Assembly (NCBI GenBank): GCA_021798115.1
Contig: JAJZYM010000008.1
Span: 3,709-67,708 of the forward strand
Source: Pseudomonadota bacterium
Lineage (GTDB): Bacteria; Pseudomonadota; Gammaproteobacteria; JAKAQQ01
Direction: 5' to 3'
Length of the DNA: 64,000 bases
A program made the translations under genes and the position numbers. The notes beneath the pieces were generated by a model. It did not search any database, had not been told where the DNA came from, and saw only the letters and a program-made list of their open reading frames with translations. Positions 58,484-64,000 of this stretch are shown here, in pieces. How positions within the stretch are numbered: the first letter of the stretch is position 1; each line of letters opens with the position of its first letter.

Positions 58484-58529
58484 GGATAAAATTACTTATA
58501 GATATGTACCTGAATAGGTAATTTTATCC
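58484..58529. promoter_or_regulatory. Inverted repeat, probable AbiEi autoregulatory operator
   Basis: GGATAAAATTACTTAT-N14-ATAGGTAATTTTATCC (15/16 match), AT-rich, directly before the ATG. Confidence 0.75.
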
Positions 58530-59150
58530 ATGGCACAGCGTGGAGGCTCTGTTCCCCGGAAGTATCAGTCGATTCGGCTGATCCAGGAGCAAGGCGGGCC
58601 AATCAGGACCGGTGAGGCCCTGAAGGCCGGTATTCATCCCCGCACCCTCTATCAGCTTCGCGATGAGGGGATCTTGGTTGTTGTGTCCCGTGGCGTCTAC
58701 CGGCTGGCAGATGCTCCACCCCTCAGCAGCCCGGATCTCGTTACGGTCGCGCTGAGGGCACCGCAGGCCGTGGTCTGCCTTGTTTCCGCGCTGGCCTTCC
58801 AAGAGATGACAACGCAGATTCCCCACGCCGTCGCCGTCGCCCTGCCGAAGGGAGCCGAGGCGCCCAGAATCGCCCACCCCCCCATTTCGGTTCACCGCTT
58901 CTCCGGCCATAGCTTCATCGCCGGAATCGAGACGCACAGGATCGACGGGGTGGCTGTCCGCGTCTACGGACCCGAAAAGACTCTGGCGGACTGCTTCAGG
59001 TTTCGCAACAGGCTCGGAATGGACGTTGTCCTGGAAGCCCTGAAATTCTACAAAGCGAGAAAGCCGTTCCGAGTTGATGATCTTCTTAAATACGCCAGAA
59101 TTTGCCGGGTGGAGCGTGTCATGCGACCCTACCTTGAAACGCTGGTATGA
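58530..59150 (+). CDS. Type IV toxin-antitoxin AbiEi family antitoxin
   Basis: wHTH ..SRGVYRL, VCLVSALAF..MTTQIP, YGPEKTLADCFRFRNRLGMDVVLEALK. Confidence 0.9.
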   Translation: MAQRGGSVPRKYQSIRLIQEQGGPIRTGEALKAGIHPRTLYQLRDEGILVVVSRGVYRLADAPPLSSPDLVTVALRAPQAVVCLVSALAFQEMTTQIPHAVAVALPKGAEAPRIAHPPISVHRFSGHSFIAGIETHRIDGVAVRVYGPEKTLADCFRFRNRLGMDVVLEALKFYKARKPFRVDDLLKYARICRVERVMRPYLETLV

Positions 59151-59290
59151 AGGGGGGATCACCTCGAAACGCTTCCGCGTCGGTTCGCCAGCGGCTCCTG
59201 AACAAAGCGCGTGCGGACAAGCGCCCTTTTAACGAACTGCTCCAATACTACGCGATGGAGCGGTTCCTGTATCGTCTGTCTTGTTCTCGG
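59147..59290 (+). pseudogene. Truncated AbiEii nucleotidyltransferase toxin (N-terminal ~46 aa)
   Basis: ASVRQRLLNKAR..FNELLQYYAMERFLYRLS; homology stops before the expected LKGG motif; ORF runs on to 59407. Confidence 0.85.
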
Positions 59291-59419
59291 GAGGAACCTG
59301 CGCTCGATGCCGCGATGCGCCACCTTCGCGACCGCATTCTGGAAGCGGGCGGAGCTGTTTTGATGTCGTCACGCGCTTACGCAAGACTCGATAACAACTC
59401 GGCATGAAGACAATGAGCG

Positions 59420-59635
59420 CCCACGTCGAGCACTTCAACCGGACTGCCCAAGAGTCCTTCGTGGACGACCCCGAAGATCTGCTCTTTGCCGACCTCGCCC
59501 TCTTCAACCGGAAACTCGCCGACGGACTGGTGTTCCACAACGCCCAGCGGCCTCACCGTCGTCACGGTCCGCGCTCCCCCCTACAATTCGTCTTCCTGCA
59601 CCAACCCGAGTGCCAAAGGTGGTGGACGCACACGG
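59420..59635 (+). mobile_element. IS481-like (rve integrase core) transposase 3' remnant
   Basis: AHVEHFNRTAQESF...FNRKLADGLVFHNAQRPH...ECQRWWTH; N-terminal part missing. Confidence 0.7.
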
Positions 59636-59637
59636 CC

Positions 59638-59666
59638 TTGCAAATCTCAGGGGCGACCTGTACAAT
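59638..59666 (+). promoter_or_regulatory. sigma70-type promoter for the NRAMP gene
   Basis: TTGCAA-N17-TACAAT, about 315 nt upstream of the ATG. Confidence 0.6.
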
Positions 59667-59980
59667 CGCCCGCGTCTGGTTTAGCCGTGACGATCGACCG
59701 ACCGTGAACGATTGTTGTAGTCGTCCCCCACCCCGCACGGGCTCTTGGGCGCCGTCGGTGATCGTCTCTCGTGCTCCCATGACGTGAGGCCTCGCCGGCC
59801 GGGCCTTTCCCCAAGAGGCCGAGCTTCCCGGGATTTCGGCCGTGAAGCTCGACTCGAAAAGCCCCGAGGATGGATCGACGCAGCAGAAGGGGGGCTCGGA
59901 AACGCCCCGCTCCGCGGATTCTCTCGATCGGCACGACGGACTGGAGCGATGCCGTTCCTCCGCCCGTCGAGGTCCCCGTC

Positions 59981-61351
59981 ATGAACACGATCGCCAACCG
60001 CGCCGATTCCCTCCCCAAGGACGTGGCGGACGACACCCATGGGCTTCGTCACCGCCTTCGTGACCGTCTTCACGTCTACGAGCTCCGCCGGAAGAAAACC
60101 CTTCTGAGCCGCGTGCTCCTCGCCTTGGCCCTGGTCGGCCCCGGCATTTTGGTCATGCTGGGAGACAACGACGCCGGGGGGGTGCTCACCTACGCCCAGA
60201 CCGGTGCCGCTTACGGACTGGGGATCTTTCTTCCACTCCTGATCCCTCTCGGGGTCATCGCCTACGTCGTCCAGGAGATGACCATCCGGCTGGGGGCCGT
60301 CACCCGCCGCGGGCACGCCGAACTCATCTGGCGGCGTTACGGACCGTTCTGGGGGATCTTCTCGCTCTTCGATCTCGTGGCCGCCAACGTCCTCACGCTC
60401 ATGACGGAGTTCATCGGCATCAGCGTCGGGCTTTCGTTCTTCGGGGTCCCGGGCTGGCTGAGTGTCCTTCTCTCGCTCCTCTTCATCACTTACGTCCTCG
60501 TGTTTCTCCGCTACTGGAGCTGGGAGCGGATCTCCCTCTGGGTGGCCGTCTTCAATCTCGTGTTCGTGCCGGTCGTGATCCTCGCCCACCCCGACTGGGG
60601 GGCGGTCGCGCGGGCCTTCGTGGGCGCCCACTGGCTCGTCTCCGGGGGGTTCCTCTCGGCCACCTTCCTCATGCTCCTCTCCGCCAATATCGGAACCACC
60701 ATCGCGCCCTGGCAGCTCTTTTTCCAGCAGTCCTGCGTGGTCGACAAAGGGCTTCTGCCGGAAGACATCCCGGCGAGCCGTCGCGATCTCATGATCGGGG
60801 TGGCCGGCATGGTGGCCGTGGCCCTCGCGATCATCGCGCTCGGAGGCGCCTTCCTGCACGGGCTTCCGGACGCCCAGAATCTTTCCGCCCTCGTCGTCAT
60901 CCACGACCTCGTCCAGCGGATCGGGACGCTCGGGGCCAAACTCTTCGCCCTTGGCCTCGTCGAGGCCGGGCTCATCGCCTCGATCGTCATCACGGCGAGC
61001 TCGGCCTGGGCGATCGGCGAGGCGTTCGAGCTCCCCCGCTCGATCAACGCCCGCCCCCGCGATGCCTGGGCGTTCTACGCCCCGGCGCTCTTCGGGACGG
61101 TCCTCGCCGGAGCTTTCGTCCTCCTGCCCAAGCTTCCGCTCGGCTTCCTCAACCTGAGCGTCCAGGTCATCGCCACGGTGTTCATGCCCGCCGCGATGCT
61201 CTTCCTCCTGATGCTCCTCAACGATCGCGAACTCATGGGCGAGTACGTCAACAGTCCGCGCCGAAACGCGGTCTCGATCGCCATCCTCGTTCTCCTCATC
61301 GTCTGTAACGCCCTCTACGGGCTCGTCACCCTGTTCCCCAAGGCCCTCTGA
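59981..61351 (+). CDS. NRAMP-family divalent cation transporter, Mg2+-type (NrmT-like) clade
   Basis: GPGILVMLGDNDAGG (vs DPGN), QEMTIRLG, ANIGTTIAPWQLFFQQS (no MPH), LNDRELMG. Confidence 0.88.
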   Translation: MNTIANRADSLPKDVADDTHGLRHRLRDRLHVYELRRKKTLLSRVLLALALVGPGILVMLGDNDAGGVLTYAQTGAAYGLGIFLPLLIPLGVIAYVVQEMTIRLGAVTRRGHAELIWRRYGPFWGIFSLFDLVAANVLTLMTEFIGISVGLSFFGVPGWLSVLLSLLFITYVLVFLRYWSWERISLWVAVFNLVFVPVVILAHPDWGAVARAFVGAHWLVSGGFLSATFLMLLSANIGTTIAPWQLFFQQSCVVDKGLLPEDIPASRRDLMIGVAGMVAVALAIIALGGAFLHGLPDAQNLSALVVIHDLVQRIGTLGAKLFALGLVEAGLIASIVITASSAWAIGEAFELPRSINARPRDAWAFYAPALFGTVLAGAFVLLPKLPLGFLNLSVQVIATVFMPAAMLFLLMLLNDRELMGEYVNSPRRNAVSIAILVLLIVCNALYGLVTLFPKAL

Positions 61352-61366
61352 AGGGAGGATCCGGCC

Positions 61367-61564
61367 GTGAAGAAACTCGAAGAGTATTCCCCCCAGGAAA
61401 TCCAGACCCTGCTCGACAAAGAAGCGTGGGCGCGACCGCTTCCCCCCGTCACCCGGGCTCGCTTCCGCCCCTGGCAGCAGGTTGTGTTCTGGACGCTTCG
61501 CCTCTACATCGTCGCCATGCTCATCGTGGTCTTCTGGGCCTTCTGGCACGGAGCCGGAGCCTAG
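61367..61564 (+). CDS. Small membrane protein downstream of NRAMP
   Basis: GGGAGG RBS, 65 aa, one C-terminal TM helix (FWTLRLYIVAMLIVVFWAF). Confidence 0.7.
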   Translation: MKKLEEYSPQEIQTLLDKEAWARPLPPVTRARFRPWQQVVFWTLRLYIVAMLIVVFWAFWHGAGA

Positions 61565-61755
61565 AGGCTCATCCAGGCACGCGGAGCGGTCGCTCCGCGG
61601 CCGTGCAGTGCCGCCCAGCCGAGGGCCGGCTATGGCGCAAGCGGCTCATTCAACGCGGGAACCCCGCTTGACGGCCTGTCGGGAGGCACAGACGATGCCG
61701 TGCAACACCTCGGATCCACGTATACTTCTCGTCAAGCCGTTAAGTGGGTCCACGG

Positions 61756-62226
61756 ATGAGTCCTGAGTACTTTGCAAAAATTGTTTGGAACAGTGACGGT
61801 GTCGACTTCAGGACCGGCAAATATAGCAGGGCACACACCTGGAGCTTTGACGGCGGTATTGAAGTCAAAGCATCAAGTTCCCCGCATGTCGTTCCCCTTC
61901 CATTTTCTTCGGAAAATGCCATTGATCCCGAAGAGGCGTTTGTTGCGTCAATATCCAGCTGTCATATGTTGTGGTTTTTGTCTATCGCCGCAAAAAAGGG
62001 TTTTTCCGTCAAGTCTTATCAAGATGAAGCATCCGGAATCATGGGAAAGAATTCTGATGGAAAGACGGCAATACTTTCTGTAACTTTAAGGCCAAAAGTG
62101 GAATTTACAGGCTCAAATATTCCCTCACCGGAAACTATTGAAAGTATGCATGAAACAGCGCATTCAGAATGTTTCATTGCATCATCGGTAAAAACGGGAG
62201 TACTGTGCCAACCAATTTTCACTTAA
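61756..62226 (+). CDS. OsmC family protein (integron cassette gene)
   Basis: YSRAHTWSFDGG, DPEEAFVASISSCHMLWFL, VTLRPKV, AHSECFIASSV; markedly AT-rich. Confidence 0.92.
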   Translation: MSPEYFAKIVWNSDGVDFRTGKYSRAHTWSFDGGIEVKASSSPHVVPLPFSSENAIDPEEAFVASISSCHMLWFLSIAAKKGFSVKSYQDEASGIMGKNSDGKTAILSVTLRPKVEFTGSNIPSPETIESMHETAHSECFIASSVKTGVLCQPIFT

Positions 62227-62352
62227 CAAGCCCCTGCAGCCCACGCGCTGCGTGTTCCGGACAGTTTTTAACTCGCAGTTTTATGGGGCTGCTACGCAAA
62301 AGTCTTCCATAAAGCCACGGCTCAAGAACTGCTGCTGAACCCGGCATCAGGC
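62221..62352 (+). mobile_element. attC recombination site (core R' degenerate)
   Basis: Inverse core ACTTAAC overlapping the stop, L'' CTGCAGC, inner IR TTTATGG..CCATAAA, L' GCTGAAC, then ATCAGGC in the GTTRRRY position; matching GTTAAGT at 61739-61745. Confidence 0.75.
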
Positions 62353-62521
62353 GTCAGGGAACAAAGCCTGAGCATGGATCCGTCGCCCCCGCGCATGCGG
62401 GGATCGTCTGTCGACCGCCGGCTCGGCGGCCTGACACTGACATGATCTCCCTATAACAACCCCTCAATTCCTTTATCGCACCCCGATGTGTCGCGATGAG
62501 GGCGCCGGATGCGAGGGCAGC

Positions 62522-63091
62522 CTAGCCCGGGGCTCGCGGTGAGCGTCGCTTTCTGGAGGTATGCTTTCGCGAACGCTCCCGTCCCTCGAGCTTGTGGAGG
62601 ATGGCCCGGAGAACCGGTGAGATCCGGTGGAGCTCGGCGCGGTGGCGCCGGCTCAGCCGGTCCAGGAGGTGCCGGGCTTTCGGGGTCAGCCGGAGGCGGA
62701 CTTCGCGCTTGTCCCGGACCGATCCCACGCGCCGGAGATATCCGGCCGCCACGAGGCGGTCGACGAGTCCGACGGCGCTGTGGTGACGGATCAGGAGCTT
62801 CTGGGAGAGTTCCCCGATCGTGGGCTCGAGAGCCCCTGATGTCCCCTGAATCGCAAGCAAGGCCTGGTGCTGCTGCGGAGTGAGCCCGTCGGCCCGGGCG
62901 GCCGTTTCACTGAAAACCAGAAACTTCCGGATATGGTGCCGGAAGTAGGCAAGGAGTTCGTAATCCTCCTGCGACAGCGGGGGCTCTCTTTGACCCCCGA
63001 CCCCAGCTCGCCGGGAGGAGGATGGGGTCCGGGCAGCGCGCCGGAACCCGTGGGAAGGGGGCTCGTCACCGCGGTTTCCGGTCCGTGCCAC
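62522..63091 (-). CDS. MarR family transcriptional regulator
   Basis: DYELLAYFRHHIRKFL, GLTPQQHQALLAI, HHSAVGLVDRL, DKREVRLRLTPKA; start estimated. Confidence 0.88.
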   Translation of the reverse strand: MARTGNRGDEPPSHGFRRAARTPSSSRRAGVGGQREPPLSQEDYELLAYFRHHIRKFLVFSETAARADGLTPQQHQALLAIQGTSGALEPTIGELSQKLLIRHHSAVGLVDRLVAAGYLRRVGSVRDKREVRLRLTPKARHLLDRLSRRHRAELHRISPVLRAILHKLEGRERSRKHTSRKRRSPRAPG

Positions 63092-63128
63092 GTCGCCTCT
63101 CCGGTGGACCATGTGCGATAATATAATA

Positions 63129-63143
63129 TATCGTAATACGATA
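63129..63143. promoter_or_regulatory. Palindromic operator between the MarR and ClC genes
   Basis: TATCGTA-A-TACGATA inside an AT-rich divergent promoter region. Confidence 0.6.
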
Positions 63144-63175
63144 CTCTTGTGTCCCCCTCTCTGCAAGAGCGCTCC

Positions 63176-64000
63176 ATGTCCCATCGCGCCCTCACGTTCC
63201 TGCGCCGCCTCCGCCCCAAGATCGTCAAAAGCACGGGCGACTATTCCGCAGGAGAGCCGATCCTCCGACTGAGCCTGCTCGCGGGGCTCGTGGGCAGCAT
63301 CGCGGCACTCATGGGTTGGGTGCTCCTCAAGCTGATCGCCTTTGTGATCAACGCCGCCTATTACGGCCAGTGGAGCTTCGTGCACCATTCGATTCCCAAT
63401 CATCTGGCCTGGACCTCGATCCTGGTTCCTGTGGTGGGAGGCATCGTGGTCGGGTTGATGGCCCGCTACGGATCCCGGCAGATCCGGGGCCATGGGATCC
63501 CGGAAGCCATGGAGGCCGTCCTGGAAAACGAGAGCCGTATTCCGCCGCGGGTGGCCTGGCTCAAGCCGTTGGCCTCGGCGGTGAGCATCGGGACCGGTGG
63601 CCCCTTTGGTGCCGAAGGCCCGATCATCATGACCGGCGGGGCTCTCGGTTCGGTTTTTGCACAGCTCCTCCGCCTGAAGCCGGCCGAGCGCAAAACCCTC
63701 CTCGCCGCCGGGGCGGCCGCCGGCATGACCGTCATTTTCGGGACTCCGGCCGCGGCCGTCCTGATGGCGGTTGAACTCCTCCTTTTCGAGTGGAAGCCGA
63801 GAAGCCTCGTTCCCGTCGGCGTCGCCGCCGTGATCGCCCAGTTCCTGCGACCGTTCCTGATCGGAACCGGCGCCATGTTCCCGATGCCCGAATCCGCTCT
63901 CCTCCCCCTCTCCGGATTCCTCTGGTGCCTTGCGGCGGGCGTCGTGGCCGGATTGCTCGCCATGGCGCTCACCCAGCTCGTCTATTTCTTTGAGCGGCAG
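63176..64000 (+). CDS. ClC-family chloride channel/transporter (partial, runs off window)
   Basis: Not in the ORF track. ATG 63176; IRGHGIPEAMEA, GTGGPFGAEGPII, AGAAAGM..FGTP, VELLLFE. Confidence 0.92.
   Translation, partial: MSHRALTFLRRLRPKIVKSTGDYSAGEPILRLSLLAGLVGSIAALMGWVLLKLIAFVINAAYYGQWSFVHHSIPNHLAWTSILVPVVGGIVVGLMARYGSRQIRGHGIPEAMEAVLENESRIPPRVAWLKPLASAVSIGTGGPFGAEGPIIMTGGALGSVFAQLLRLKPAERKTLLAAGAAAGMTVIFGTPAAAVLMAVELLLFEWKPRSLVPVGVAAVIAQFLRPFLIGTGAMFPMPESALLPLSGFLWCLAAGVVAGLLAMALTQLVYFFERQ

Noticed and set aside
1..64000. CRISPR array, rRNA, prophage or intact integrase
   Set aside because: No regularly spaced repeats, rRNA-like sequence, phage genes or recombinase motifs were seen

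Overview
GC-rich bacterial chromosome segment, most likely gammaproteobacterial (uvrY-uvrC-pgsA-tRNA-Leu block; purB, mnmA, acnA, fumC). Very Arg/His-rich exported proteins suggest an acidophile (inference). Housekeeping blocks alternate with accessory DNA. The most unusual part is a ~15.7 kb cell-envelope segment (11.4-27.1 kb) bracketed by an intact and a decayed tRNA-Leu(TAA). It carries an osmoregulated periplasmic glucan locus: a small ORF, opgH, a lipoprotein/coiled-coil-fused OpgG paralog lacking both conserved acidic motifs, and an intact opgG. It also carries a ghost copy of the uvrC-pgsA junction, an alpha-2-macroglobulin without the CxEQ thioester next to pbpC, and an internally deleted IS256. 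Other notable items: an S9 peptidase homolog without the nucleophile Ser, a lipoprotein cupredoxin with a very long ligand loop, a decayed tandem copy of the uvrY-like regulator, an AbiEi antitoxin whose toxin is truncated, an Mg-type NRAMP with a long leader holding a Pro-rich mini-ORF, and an AT-rich osmC integron cassette with attC but no integrase in the window. No CRISPR array or rRNA was seen. All calls come from reading motifs by eye; no searches were run, and many start codons are best estimates.
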